Shown here: in pieces, positions 1 to 10,105 of the stretch | Layout: every line of letters starts with the position of its first letter | How positions within the stretch are numbered: the stretch's first letter is position 1 | Source: a virus | IMG/VR virus record: IMGVR_UViG_3300031227_000023 | Coordinates: 25,916-89,915 of that record | Direction: 5' to 3' (one strand) | DNA: 64,000 nucleotides | Notes under the pieces: generated by a model | What the model saw: only the letters and a program-made list of their open reading frames with translations | Database searches by the model: none | What the model was told of the DNA's origin: nothing | Translations under genes and position numbers: made by a program

Positions 1-1
1 A

Positions 2-529
2 TGGCAACGATCCAAGCACCTGCGAATAATTCAAGCCCGGTGGAAGCATTGGTTGGGAATACGTGACGCGCACCACCCGTGGGGCAATGGCCACCACGTT
101 GCTGATCATTGGCCGGGTCACATCTTCAATCGTGTAATACCACGTTTGATCAATCGTGTGCGCACCACCAACAACCTGCGAAGCACAACGCACCCGAACC
201 CGCGATAAAGAAACAAACCCATTGGGCACATGCACCGTGATCTTCAGCGTGTCTGCTGTATTCACATACGCGCTGCTTGCTCCGTCAAACCCGGATTGAA
301 ACACCCCGGCAGCAAACGCAAGCTGTTCATCAATCCACACCTGCGTGTTGGCCAAGTCAATGCCATCTGCCCCGAAATCCACAACCTCAAAACACACCAA
401 CGTTCCCGTGGGTACATCGGTTTCATACGGTTCAGGATCACGGTTTATGATCACCGGCCTTGTTGTATCAACGTCCAAAATAACGCTGTCAACGTACAAC
501 CCCGGCAGTTTCAGATTGCCTGCACTCAT
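2..529 (-). CDS. Ig-like-domain tail/baseplate protein (runs off the window end; partial)
   Basis: ATG at 529 overlaps the TGA of the upstream gene; manual translation MSAGNLKLPGLYVDSVILDVDTTRPVIINRDPEPYETDVPTGT...DVTRPMISNVVAIAPRVVRVTYSQPM resembles bacterial Ig-like repeats; open to the window edge. Confidence 0.6.
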   Translation of the reverse strand, partial: MSAGNLKLPGLYVDSVILDVDTTRPVIINRDPEPYETDVPTGTLVCFEVVDFGADGIDLANTQVWIDEQLAFAAGVFQSGFDGASSAYVNTADTLKITVHVPNGFVSLSRVRVRCASQVVGGAHTIDQTWYYTIEDVTRPMISNVVAIAPRVVRVTYSQPMLPPGLNYSQVLGSLP

Positions 530-1212
530 GCTGCTTCATCCAGTTTCACACGGAAGCCAATCCTGTGGCTGCCTGTGATTTTTGAAACATTGGCTGCCAT
601 GTCCACCCTGTCACGGCTGCGGATCGTATCCAACAGCATGGTGGCCACAGCAACATCATCAATTTCCAGGTTCATGCGCCACTGCAATTCAGGGCACTGC
701 ACAATCAACCCCGCTTCAACAGCAGCAAAGTTTGTGTGCAGAATGGCCCGCTCTGTGCTCTCTGTGACGCCTGCGGGCAAAACTGCATCAATTCTATACC
801 GTCCGTCATTGCCAAGACCCGAACCGCTTACAACGCAAATACGGCCCGTTCCGAAGTATCCCGTTGGGGTGGTTCCGTTGTACGTGATGAACGTGCCCTT
901 GGGAACACGCAGGATGTTCACGCCGGGGGTGGTCGCAACATATTTTTCAGCATCACCCGTGGCGTTGATTTCAGCAGGCAACGCTTCATCCACCCGGAAC
1001 CTGAACGCAGCACGGACAAGGTTTACAGATGAAGGAATGCTGATTGCTTGCGACACCAACGCGAAGTCATCAGGGGCAAGCGCAAATTCATGGGCTTCTT
1101 CTTCATCCAAGCCCAAGCAGAACACCCAACGCCCGTGTGGTGCGGTCCATCCTGCCGGGGCAATCCTGCCGTGCTTTGTTCCCAACGTTACTTGCCAAGG
1201 GCTTGCTGCCAT
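526..1212 (-). CDS. Hypothetical distal tail/virion protein
   Basis: ORF 526..1248, likely start MAASPW at 1212; lies in the tail module. Confidence 0.6.
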   Translation of the reverse strand: MAASPWQVTLGTKHGRIAPAGWTAPHGRWVFCLGLDEEEAHEFALAPDDFALVSQAISIPSSVNLVRAAFRFRVDEALPAEINATGDAEKYVATTPGVNILRVPKGTFITYNGTTPTGYFGTGRICVVSGSGLGNDGRYRIDAVLPAGVTESTERAILHTNFAAVEAGLIVQCPELQWRMNLEIDDVAVATMLLDTIRSRDRVDMAANVSKITGSHRIGFRVKLDEAA

Positions 1213-1220
1213 CTGATCAC

Positions 1221-1961
1221 CTATGCAGTTTGACGCAACACGCGGCAATGATCCACAAACGCACGGCTGCCTGCCGCACTGAATTCACAACCGAACCCTG
1301 CCCGGCCACCAATCAGGGGGATTGCCCCGCTGTTGTGCCCAAGCACATCATCAATATACGATTCACCCAACGTGTCATTGAACGGAACCAAAACCCAACT
1401 CGGAGCATCAACGTTGTTTGCCGTCAAATCGTTCCGGTAACAAGCCAAAACCACATCACCATTTTCATTGGTGATCAGATCCAACCGCAAGTGCGTCCAC
1501 ACATCGTTCAGCACCGTGCCCACGCTGTGCCGCAAGTTGTTCCCTGTGGCCACAGCAGGAACCCCGCTGTACAGATACCCCTTGCGCAGCACAATCTTGC
1601 ACGGGTCTTCATCGGACAAACCGAGCATATAGCACTGATCAGCCGTGGAATCACCTTGCAGCCCGGCAAACAGGAACGGGCTGAACCCTTCAGGGCTTGC
1701 AGACAGGCCACGCTTTATTGCGCCTTCAATCCTTATGCCCCGATCTGTTGGCCCAAAGTCAGTGACAGTGCAATACTTGCCGTGTGCAAGTTGCCCCCCC
1801 GGTGCAGCCGTGGGAGGTTCCAACGCATGCCACCCAAACACGAACAGGTTTGTGTCAGGCGCAGTTACCGGTGGACCGGTAACACCACCCGTGACACCTG
1901 CACGGAAAGATGCAGCTTCAGCAATGCTGCCCACCAAAGATGCCCAATCTGCCTGTGCCAT
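1221..1961 (-). CDS. Hypothetical virion protein (beta-rich, lectin/ConA-like look)
   Basis: Likely start MAQADW at 1961 after a GGAG RBS; WTHLRLDL-type beta-strand pattern. Confidence 0.6.
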   Translation of the reverse strand: MAQADWASLVGSIAEAASFRAGVTGGVTGPPVTAPDTNLFVFGWHALEPPTAAPGGQLAHGKYCTVTDFGPTDRGIRIEGAIKRGLSASPEGFSPFLFAGLQGDSTADQCYMLGLSDEDPCKIVLRKGYLYSGVPAVATGNNLRHSVGTVLNDVWTHLRLDLITNENGDVVLACYRNDLTANNVDAPSWVLVPFNDTLGESYIDDVLGHNSGAIPLIGGRAGFGCEFSAAGSRAFVDHCRVLRQTA

Positions 1962-1963
1962 TT

Positions 1964-2629
1964 TTATGCTCCAATATCTGCAAGGTTGTCCGGCCAATAC
2001 GCCGCATCAAACTGTTCAGCATCCAAGTGCCGTGGTGACTGATACGCAGGGGGTGCATCATCAAAATACGCCACTTCCGTGAACGCATATGTGACAACCC
2101 AATTATCATTGTACCAACCGGCTTCCATGTCTTCCGTATCTGTCGCATTATCAAACACAGCTTCCGTGAACCGGCCTGCCGCGTATTCCCACAAGTATGC
2201 ATCATTGCCCCAACCGGCTTCCATGTCTTCCGTATCTGTGCCGTTGTCAAACAATGCGGCAGTGGATTGGGTTGGCCAAGTAGACACCCACCCATCATTC
2301 AACCACCCTGATTCAAATGCCTCAATCGTTGCCGCCACGGTGTCACCACCGTTGAAAAAAGAAAAGTCAAAATATTCAGCATCGAATTCCCACAAGAAAC
2401 TTCCCCACCCGTCTTCAAACGATTCAACCCAAGACCCGGTGCCGAACGTTGCCAAGGAAACCAAAGACGCACTTGCAACATGCAACCACTGTGTGGCTGC
2501 ACCCTGACTGCCCAACTCAAAACTTCCGTTAATATCGGGCAGCCCGGTGTCAATCGTAACACCACCCCACGGACCACTGCCCCAAGGGATCGTGCCAAAC
2601 CCGCTTTCAGGTATCACAACCGGTGCCAT
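1964..2629 (-). CDS. Acidic Trp-rich virion protein with internal repeats
   Basis: 221 aa; repeated (E/D)xFExGW and FDNxTDTEDMEAGWxND units. Confidence 0.65.
   Translation of the reverse strand: MAPVVIPESGFGTIPWGSGPWGGVTIDTGLPDINGSFELGSQGAATQWLHVASASLVSLATFGTGSWVESFEDGWGSFLWEFDAEYFDFSFFNGGDTVAATIEAFESGWLNDGWVSTWPTQSTAALFDNGTDTEDMEAGWGNDAYLWEYAAGRFTEAVFDNATDTEDMEAGWYNDNWVVTYAFTEVAYFDDAPPAYQSPRHLDAEQFDAAYWPDNLADIGA
2114..2239. repeat. 30-bp exact direct repeat (2114-2143 and 2210-2239), 96-bp period, intragenic
   Basis: ccaaccggcttccatgtcttccgtatctgt occurs twice and encodes TDTEDMEAGW. Confidence 0.9.
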
Positions 2630-2632
2630 CTT

Positions 2633-4492
2633 CTATGCTCCAAACGCAGCGTGCAAGGGAATGATCGGTGTTTCATGCGTTCCGAACCCACCCGCATCCA
2701 CTTCTGTTTGCGACCGAATCAAGGCATCAGATGCCGTTCTGCCATCCCATCGGTTGCCCAACGGAAACGCAGGGGTGCCAATCTTGGCAAGGTCAATCAC
2801 AGACGCATCAGCCGCAGGGTATGCAGGGACACTAGGGGTGCTAGCAAATAGCACCTCGATATCAAACGCCTTTCCACCACCTGCAAACGGGAAGGTTGTC
2901 ACCCCCAGATCATCACTATATAAAAAGTTGTCCCACTGCCACCCAGTTGCCATCTGCGTGGGAGTCAACAACGCATCAGGAATGGCTTCTGTGACTGCCC
3001 CTGTGATCAAATCAGCCATGAAAAACAACCAAAAAACATTATCTGTCACCAACTGATTCAAAGAATCCCAGATGAAATAATTAGGATTCCAAACAGCATC
3101 ACCCGTGCCGAACGATGTTGAACCCAACGCCACAAGATTTGGCACATCAGGACTGCCCGCAATATCAGGAACAATCGAAAGATCCATAGTACCCATGGCT
3201 GTCATGTTCAAGTGTTTCAGTGCCACACCCTTCAGCGTGCCCGGCACAATCGTTTGTGAAGAGTAATAACCCCCAAGCTGCGTGAACCGAACCATAAACA
3301 GCCTGTTGTTGATAAACGCAGTGCCGACACCCGCAGCGGTTTTGTTTTCCACCAAATAAATTCCATACTCCGTGGCTGCACCGAATCGTTGCGACAATGA
3401 ACCATCAGCCTTGTCAGCAGACAAATACCCCACCTTGGCTTCACCACGCAGCACATACCCCGGAACCTGCGGGCCAACAACTTGCACCCGCGTGCCTGTG
3501 TAGTATTCACCCGTTCCCTTATCGGACAAGGTGCGTTCGCCAATCGGGATCACGTCACTGTTGGCAGCATCCAACAAGTGCCCCGGTGTGACTAGTAAAT
3601 TGAATTCGTTCCCTGAACCACCCAACTGATCCGCAAGAATATGCGCCCCTTTAACCTGATAAGCAGCAGACGAACCACTAACACCCATGCCCGGTGGACT
3701 TCCGATGTACATCTTGCTTCCACCCATCCCAATTCCAACCGGCCTGCCCGCGCCCTCTATCACCTGCCCCGCTGTGGAGTGAAGCGAAACCTGCGCCCCT
3801 TGTGTCAGTGTGCCGGAAGCAACAACAGAATGCACCGGACCATGGAACACCACGTTGCACAGCCCATCATCAGCAACAGCACTTGCGCCTTGCACCGGAA
3901 GCACAACCGCCCGGACACAACCAACGATCACATCAGCGGCATCAGCAGAACTTGCCTTTGCAATGGTTGGAACGGACGGGCCACCCGGCAAATCGTACCA
4001 CCCGGTTTGCTTCACAAAACTACCCTGTGCAATCGGTGCCCCGGTTTGGTTTATGCAAATGCGCCCCGGTGCTTGATCCAACAACAGTTCAAACAGTTCT
4101 GTTGAAATCTCCCGTGTTTCACCCCATCCACGCGCACCGGCTTGCTCATTCTCTTCTTCATAAGCAGGCAACCGTTGCGCTGTTAGTGGTGTTGTCACCC
4201 CCACAAGCGTGGTCAATTCTTGCGACCCATACGCGCCGAGTGTGGCCGTTAACTTAATCATCCACGTCCCGTAGTGGTCCAACTCCAACGTGGGGTTGGC
4301 TGCACTTGCACTTGACAACACAGCAGTGCTGTTCCGTGGGCTTGTCACAATCTCCCACGCATACACAGAAATGTTGGTGTCATCATCCACGCCCAACGTG
4401 ATGATGGTCAACGGATTTGTAATACGCAAATCAAGCACCGGCCCATTGCCTGCGCCCGGCCCTGAATCAATCGTGATGTTTGCAACGGTCAT
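2633..4492 (-). CDS. Putative tail fibre/receptor-binding protein with N-terminal PKD/Ig-like domain
   Basis: 619 aa directly after the baseplate wedge; N-terminal YAWEIVTSPRNSTAVLSSASAANPTLELDHYGTWMIKLT is PKD-like. Confidence 0.55.
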   Translation of the reverse strand: MTVANITIDSGPGAGNGPVLDLRITNPLTIITLGVDDDTNISVYAWEIVTSPRNSTAVLSSASAANPTLELDHYGTWMIKLTATLGAYGSQELTTLVGVTTPLTAQRLPAYEEENEQAGARGWGETREISTELFELLLDQAPGRICINQTGAPIAQGSFVKQTGWYDLPGGPSVPTIAKASSADAADVIVGCVRAVVLPVQGASAVADDGLCNVVFHGPVHSVVASGTLTQGAQVSLHSTAGQVIEGAGRPVGIGMGGSKMYIGSPPGMGVSGSSAAYQVKGAHILADQLGGSGNEFNLLVTPGHLLDAANSDVIPIGERTLSDKGTGEYYTGTRVQVVGPQVPGYVLRGEAKVGYLSADKADGSLSQRFGAATEYGIYLVENKTAAGVGTAFINNRLFMVRFTQLGGYYSSQTIVPGTLKGVALKHLNMTAMGTMDLSIVPDIAGSPDVPNLVALGSTSFGTGDAVWNPNYFIWDSLNQLVTDNVFWLFFMADLITGAVTEAIPDALLTPTQMATGWQWDNFLYSDDLGVTTFPFAGGGKAFDIEVLFASTPSVPAYPAADASVIDLAKIGTPAFPLGNRWDGRTASDALIRSQTEVDAGGFGTHETPIIPLHAAFGA

Positions 4493-4501
4493 CTTGTCAC
4501 C

Positions 4502-6040
4502 TTACATTTGCAGGCCGGTTGTACCATTAATCAGGATCACTGTGCCAAGCACAGGGAATTCACTGTTTTGCAAATCCACATCCTCATGCGACCCGTTCAG
4601 CAGAAAGCCGCTTGGCTGCGGTTCCATCTTGCGCACGCCCGTGACATCACGAACCGCGTTGTATATATCAGACAAGGCAATTTCCCCTGCTGAATTGCCG
4701 TCTTCATCCAAAAAGTTTCCACCAAAATCAACATGGGGATTTTCATCCCCTTCATCATCACCGGATGAAATCGTGATTTCAAAGAACGTGGCCAGTGCAG
4801 CTTCAACAGCAGCCTTCACCACGGCTTCAGTGTATCCAGAATGAAGGAACACTGTGGCCTGCACGTTGATTGTTTTATACCGTGCGCTTTGCACATCTAA
4901 CCTGAAGGTCAAAGTATTGGGGTATGTAACTGTCACAAGCGTTTCAACCGCAGCCAACAGCGCACTGCTTGCCGTTCCCCCACCCGCAGGAACAACATAA
5001 AGAATTCCCGCGTTTTCATCAATCCCACTATCCTGATTGCTTGTGTGCATCAGGACACGTGCGGCTGAAGAATTCCGCAGGGCATTGTTTTCATAATCAT
5101 CACGGGTAACAGTGCGGTTCAACGTGCGCAGGCTAGCAGGGGCACGCCTACGGGCAGCAGCAACCGTTTCACGATCAACCCCACCGCTTGCACTCGCCAC
5201 GTTGGTCACTGTGATATTCGCAACCGTTCCATTGGCGTCACGAAATGTTTCATCTATTGCCGTCAATGTGCCCGCGCCAACCTTGCCCACCGTGCCACCA
5301 CCGGTCTTGTACACAACCGTGATTGCGCCACTTGGCACTTGCCCAAGCACGCCATCCCCAAACGCAATCCAAGCCCTGTCATATTCATCAACCCGAATAG
5401 TACAATGCCTGTCTGTGTTTTCACTGAACAGCAACGTGCCTTGTTCATCCCACGTGCCTTCAGCCGTGCTGATCACCGTGTTTACAGTGCCGCCTTCAGG
5501 AGTTTCCAAGTATGGCGTGTATTGCAAGCTGAACAATTGATTGGGCAGCGTGGTGCTTGTGAACTGTTCCGTGTATGAAGTGCTGTGTTCAGCGGCAACA
5601 GTCTTTGCGCCCGTTTCACCTGCCGTCCAAACCACATCTGCCAACGTCTGAAAATAAATGGGATTTTCTGTCAGGGTGCGCACCACCGTGCCCGCAGGCA
5701 CCGTACATGTTGCAGGCAATGCTTCCTGCAATGTCAGGGTCAAATCAACCGTGGCTGCCACTGCGCCGGAAAGTTCATAGTTGATCAGCCGTGAAAGTTT
5801 GATCAGGCTTCCCCGCAACTGCGCCTGTGTGATCCTGCTTTCACGCACCTGCCGGTCAAGATAGTACACCACCACATCACCGGTGAAGGCAAAGGCTTCA
5901 AGCAGCACCACGCCAAAATCACCAACCTGTGAACTTGTCCACTCTGGAAATGCGTGCTTGATCAAATCAAGCAGCCGCAGTTTCAAGGAATCGAAATCCT
6001 TGTCTGTGTAATCCAAAGTGCCAGTGGGAAGAATTGCCAT
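4502..6040 (-). CDS. Baseplate wedge subunit (baseplate J / T4 gp6-like)
   Basis: LDYTDKDFDSLK, FGDGVLGQVP, YKTGGGTVGKV, ASGGVDRET...RTVTRDDYE motifs. Confidence 0.9.
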   Translation of the reverse strand: MAILPTGTLDYTDKDFDSLKLRLLDLIKHAFPEWTSSQVGDFGVVLLEAFAFTGDVVVYYLDRQVRESRITQAQLRGSLIKLSRLINYELSGAVAATVDLTLTLQEALPATCTVPAGTVVRTLTENPIYFQTLADVVWTAGETGAKTVAAEHSTSYTEQFTSTTLPNQLFSLQYTPYLETPEGGTVNTVISTAEGTWDEQGTLLFSENTDRHCTIRVDEYDRAWIAFGDGVLGQVPSGAITVVYKTGGGTVGKVGAGTLTAIDETFRDANGTVANITVTNVASASGGVDRETVAAARRRAPASLRTLNRTVTRDDYENNALRNSSAARVLMHTSNQDSGIDENAGILYVVPAGGGTASSALLAAVETLVTVTYPNTLTFRLDVQSARYKTINVQATVFLHSGYTEAVVKAAVEAALATFFEITISSGDDEGDENPHVDFGGNFLDEDGNSAGEIALSDIYNAVRDVTGVRKMEPQPSGFLLNGSHEDVDLQNSEFPVLGTVILINGTTGLQM

Positions 6041-6042
6041 TG

Positions 6043-6501
6043 TTATTGCTCCAACCGTGCAACCACTTGCGCTTCTTCCACCGTGGCAGACAAAGCACCT
6101 GCTGCACGCGGGGTGAACAGCACACGAATTTTTACAAAGTTTTTATGTGGGTCTTCAGGCTGATTGCTGCTTGCGAACCGCTCAACCTTCACGCCACGCA
6201 ATTGGATTCTTGGTTCATATTTGCGCAGCACTTCGGCAGTATAAAACCCGGCCACGTGCTGCATCGTTTCAATGGGCATTGTGCTGTGCAGCAGCGTGTG
6301 AATCCGGCTGCCCCGCTCTGTGTCCCAAGGCAGTTCCCCAACTTCCTGCCCATCAGGGCCACGTGTCATCAATAACTGTTCGATTGCAGCACGCAACTGA
6401 TCGATGCCACTTGCCGTGGAAAAATCACCTTTCCCATTCCGCTGAAACGGATGCGTTGGCCCGTTCCAAAATCGTTCTGTTCCGGTGGTAAAAGCCGTCA
6501 A
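6043..6501 (-). CDS. Baseplate wedge/sheath initiator (gpW/gp25 family)
   Basis: LLMTRG..GELPW...GSRIHTLL...LRKYEPRIQL motif and position. Confidence 0.88.
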   Translation of the reverse strand: MTAFTTGTERFWNGPTHPFQRNGKGDFSTASGIDQLRAAIEQLLMTRGPDGQEVGELPWDTERGSRIHTLLHSTMPIETMQHVAGFYTAEVLRKYEPRIQLRGVKVERFASSNQPEDPHKNFVKIRVLFTPRAAGALSATVEEAQVVARLEQ

Positions 6502-7256
6502 GGTAATTTCTCCAAAACGGTATACACCTGTTGCAGTGCAGACCGCAGTGCGTTCAGCGTGCTGCTGATTTCATCCAAAGCATCTGAATTCAAATTCACG
6601 ACCGGGCCACTCATCACAGAAAAATCAGGCGCAGGAATTTCCACGCCTGCCAACGAACCGAATTGCACCACAATGTCAAAAATCAATGACAGTTGGCCCA
6701 ACAAGGTGCCCGCATATTTGTACTGCTTACAGATCCGGCCCGCAGTTGTATGATACACACGTTCCAATTCAACGTCATTTAATTTGGCAACCGCAATTCC
6801 CATGGGTTTCAACTTAATAGAGGAACGCTTGACGGCTTCCACCATGCTTGCCACAGCATCAACAGCCTGAAGGATTGCGCACACCATCCCGCGCAACGTT
6901 GCCCCAAGGCTGTACACGGGCAGTAACTTCACCACACCCATCAGCTTTTCAATCAGGTTGGGCAGACATTCGGCCAAACCCACAAGCACCGTGATAGGAT
7001 TTGCCTGTGTCACCCCATCCTTGACAGATTCAACACAATCCAACAAAGCCTTCAGGATTTCCAGCACTTCAAAGATTGGGTGGAACGGCATGGATGCGGT
7101 GTTGATCTGATTCAGAATGGTACTGGCAATGGCTTCCGGTGTCGGATAGCCAATGGTCATGTTCAGCGCCAATTCCCCACCACCCGGAAAGACCAACGCA
7201 CAGTCACTTCCCGGATTCCTGCACACCACAAGAATGTCAGTTTCTTCATCAGCCAT
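6498..7256 (-). CDS. Hypothetical baseplate-region protein (helical)
   Basis: 252-aa ORF coupled between the spike and gp25 genes. Confidence 0.65.
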   Translation of the reverse strand: MADEETDILVVCRNPGSDCALVFPGGGELALNMTIGYPTPEAIASTILNQINTASMPFHPIFEVLEILKALLDCVESVKDGVTQANPITVLVGLAECLPNLIEKLMGVVKLLPVYSLGATLRGMVCAILQAVDAVASMVEAVKRSSIKLKPMGIAVAKLNDVELERVYHTTAGRICKQYKYAGTLLGQLSLIFDIVVQFGSLAGVEIPAPDFSVMSGPVVNLNSDALDEISSTLNALRSALQQVYTVLEKLP

Positions 7257-7259
7257 TAT

Positions 7260-7817
7260 TCACCCAAGGGGAACATCAGGGTTGGGCACAACGCCACGTT
7301 CCATAATTGTTACCGCGTTTGCGTCCAGATTAATTTCACCAATCGCCTTCAGCGTGATCTTTGTTGCCGCAGAAATCGTGATCGAATTGGCATCTGCATC
7401 AATTTCAATCTTGTCTTCTTCCACATCAATGCCCGTGCCAAGATTCTTTATTGACTTGATCGTGGCCTTGCGTTGGCCTTCCCGTTCATCAACAACCACC
7501 CGGAACGTTTCCGTTTCAAAAACAGACACCAACGGGCTTTCATACTCTGTCGGAACTTCCTGCCCCGGCTGCTTGCTATACGGGCCAATATCAAACAACG
7601 GGTCATCAATGTTGCCCCGGTTGAATTCCACCTTTACCAATTGCCCTTGCCGTGGCGTGTGCCGGGTGGCCAAACCAACCGGCCTTGCCCATCCACTTTT
7701 TGGTTCAAGCAAGCCTTCCACATTCACCTTGACACGGCGCAGGTTTTCCGGGTCTGCGGTGTCCATCACTTTCCCAACGTAGCTTCCCCAATACCTTGCT
7801 TCTGTCGGTGCTTGCAT
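7260..7817 (-). CDS. Baseplate central spike (gpV / gp5 OB-fold)
   Basis: YVGKVMDTADPENLRRVKVNV..WARP..P..GQLVKVEFNRGNIDDP OB-fold motif. Confidence 0.85.
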   Translation of the reverse strand: MQAPTEARYWGSYVGKVMDTADPENLRRVKVNVEGLLEPKSGWARPVGLATRHTPRQGQLVKVEFNRGNIDDPLFDIGPYSKQPGQEVPTEYESPLVSVFETETFRVVVDEREGQRKATIKSIKNLGTGIDVEEDKIEIDADANSITISAATKITLKAIGEINLDANAVTIMERGVVPNPDVPLG

Positions 7818-9145
7818 TAGGCTGCCCCTTTAAAACGTTCAATTGGATCACCCCACTTCACCACCTTGCCGGTGCCATCAACCCAATTCTCATACAGCCA
7901 CAGTTGCCCGCCAAAGGCATCGTTGTGGTGTGGCCTTGCCTTGGGTATTCCTTTGGTGATGCCACCGGCCTGCGGTGCCAATGCCGGATTAATCCGGGCA
8001 TGGTTTTCCTGCACCACCCTGCGCCGCAGGTTTCCAACAGCATCCTTGCGCAAAACCAAATCCTGCGTGTACCCGCCCGCTGTCACCGTTGACTTGCACG
8101 TCTTCACATAATAGCTTCCAGAAAGATAATCACTAATGCCCCACACTTCAACGATCTGCTTTGCGGCAACCATCGGATCACCTTTGACATTCAGCTTTAA
8201 TTCATAATGCCTTGCCGCACTGTTGATGTAATTGTTGCGTGCAATTTGTTCAGCCGTCGCACGGGTGCCCGGCACACCACGGGTCAGCCCACGCCCCACC
8301 CGCGCCATCACCTTGCTGCCGCCAATCCGTGCCGGGTCTTCCACTTCCAGGATCTTCCCCAACCCATCACGGTCTGTTTCTTGGTTCCCGGCTTTCACTT
8401 CAAACTCTTCACCGGTGATCGGATTGCGCCCAACAATTTTAATAATGCCCGCAGCCCGGCTGAAATCAGCCCTGAACGTTGGCTTGCCGATAATGTCGCC
8501 ACCGGGGTGCGAACCGTCCACTTCATATCCATAGCTGTACACTTTCACCGGTGGGCTCCACAGGGCCAAGCTGTGGAAATGGAACCCGGTGTGATCCGCA
8601 TACAGCCGCCACCCCAACCGGTTGGCCAGCCGCTTCAAAAACTTTGCATCCGTTTCCCCGGCCTGATGTATATGCGGCAGGATTTCACCCGAATCTTCAA
8701 CCCACACCCACGGGTTCACATATCCGTGCCGGGCAGCCATGATCTGTGCCACGTCACTGATTTTCATGTCAATGAACGTGTTGCTTTTTTCATCTATATC
8801 GGCCAGCACAATTTTGCTATGCCCTTCAATCTTCAACCTTTCAAAGCCTGTGATTTTCTTAATAACCAAATCACGCGGGGGTGTCATTGCACCGATGTAC
8901 CCCCATGATGCCCGGATGATTTCACCGGCCTTCAGCCGTTGGTCATCCAACATGGCAAGATCATGGTTGGCAAGTTCAACAATCAAACGATCAGCACCAG
9001 AATCCACATCTTCATGCATCAGCCGCAGGAATCGCTTGCCAGTTTCTTCCTGATCAAAATACACATCAGGCTCATCCCCATCAATCATGGATAGGGTAAG
9101 CACCGGCCCGCGCCTGTTGTATTCAGATTCCACACCCACGTTCAA
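7817..9145 (-). CDS. Baseplate hub / late control D-like protein
   Basis: SWGY, HQAGETDAKFLKRLANRLGW, KGDP.V.A..IVEVWG..LSGSYYV motifs. Confidence 0.85.
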   Translation of the reverse strand: MNVGVESEYNRRGPVLTLSMIDGDEPDVYFDQEETGKRFLRLMHEDVDSGADRLIVELANHDLAMLDDQRLKAGEIIRASWGYIGAMTPPRDLVIKKITGFERLKIEGHSKIVLADIDEKSNTFIDMKISDVAQIMAARHGYVNPWVWVEDSGEILPHIHQAGETDAKFLKRLANRLGWRLYADHTGFHFHSLALWSPPVKVYSYGYEVDGSHPGGDIIGKPTFRADFSRAAGIIKIVGRNPITGEEFEVKAGNQETDRDGLGKILEVEDPARIGGSKVMARVGRGLTRGVPGTRATAEQIARNNYINSAARHYELKLNVKGDPMVAAKQIVEVWGISDYLSGSYYVKTCKSTVTAGGYTQDLVLRKDAVGNLRRRVVQENHARINPALAPQAGGITKGIPKARPHHNDAFGGQLWLYENWVDGTGKVVKWGDPIERFKGAA

Positions 9146-9480
9146 AACTCCTTCAGTCTGCCATAATCCAAGATTTTATCACGCAACGTGCGCAGGCTTG
9201 GGATGTACACAACCGTTCCCATTGCCGGGGGAACAGTAGGATCAACCACCGGCACCGGCTGGAAGTCTGCGATTGCCCACCAAAAACCCGCAGGCCGGAC
9301 CATGCCCTTGAAATAAAATCCAGCAAGTGACATCCACGTGTCACCGCTGCGTGCAGTATGCACGGCATTGTCCACAAGATTTTGATACCTGTATGGTTCG
9401 TCTTCTGTCAGGAAGCGTTCACCACTAGCCAAGGTGACATCAGTGCACAGGAAGTGCCTGCTATTTGCTGCGGCTGGCAT
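9142..9480 (-). CDS. Tail X / LysM-like baseplate protein
   Basis: Likely start MPAAANSR at 9480; HTARSGDTWMSLA..YF...WWAIADFQP..VDP..GTVVYIPS LysM-like pattern. Confidence 0.75.
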   Translation of the reverse strand: MPAAANSRHFLCTDVTLASGERFLTEDEPYRYQNLVDNAVHTARSGDTWMSLAGFYFKGMVRPAGFWWAIADFQPVPVVDPTVPPAMGTVVYIPSLRTLRDKILDYGRLKEF

Positions 9481-9484
9481 ACGA

Positions 9485-10096
9485 TCACCCCCACTCTGTG
9501 CCGTTGGCACGCAAGTCTTCTGCATACATTCTGGAATCACGCACAGACTCAAGCGTGAACTTGGCCGTGTACGCCCAAAGGTCAAGCGTTCCGGTAAATC
9601 GCTTGTACTCGAAATGCAGCCCACGCATGACGCATTCCATTCCGAACAGACCCGGCCACACAAACAACAAGGAATCAGGTGCCCCACCAATGACGCCCGC
9701 GCCCGCATTACTCACAGCCATGAAAGACAACAGGAACTTCCTGAAATCCTTCACTTCACCCACGGCATCAGCAAGACCACGCTGCCGTTCGATTGCAGTG
9801 AAAAACTGATCCACATACAACTGAATTGGAATTTCATGATTGCCGGTGTGGCTGAAAGTCAATGGCTGATGTGACATCCCCATGATGTCATCTTTATTGT
9901 AATAGGCTTCAATGCTGTGTTCAAACGTTTCAGGGTTCAAAGGGAATTCCCTTTCTTCCCCATCACGCAAGTTTTTTATGAACGCCTTCGTTGGATCAGT
10001 TGTTGCAAATCCCCACCCTTCAAACACCGGGGGTTCCCGCTGTTCCTGCCCCTGCTGATCTATCGGTGGAAACAAATCACCTTGTAATACAGGCAT
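9485..10096 (-). CDS. Tail tube initiator (contractile injection system tube-like)
   Basis: FPLNPETFEH...PDSLLFVWPG..FEYKRF..FTLE motifs; directly after the tape measure gene. Confidence 0.7.
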   Translation of the reverse strand: MPVLQGDLFPPIDQQGQEQREPPVFEGWGFATTDPTKAFIKNLRDGEEREFPLNPETFEHSIEAYYNKDDIMGMSHQPLTFSHTGNHEIPIQLYVDQFFTAIERQRGLADAVGEVKDFRKFLLSFMAVSNAGAGVIGGAPDSLLFVWPGLFGMECVMRGLHFEYKRFTGTLDLWAYTAKFTLESVRDSRMYAEDLRANGTEWG

Positions 10097-10105
10097 GGCT
10101 TCTTC

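Noticed and set aside
2114-2239. 30-bp repeat pair as a CRISPR unit
   Set aside because: In-frame intragenic repeat with a 96-bp period encoding a peptide repeat
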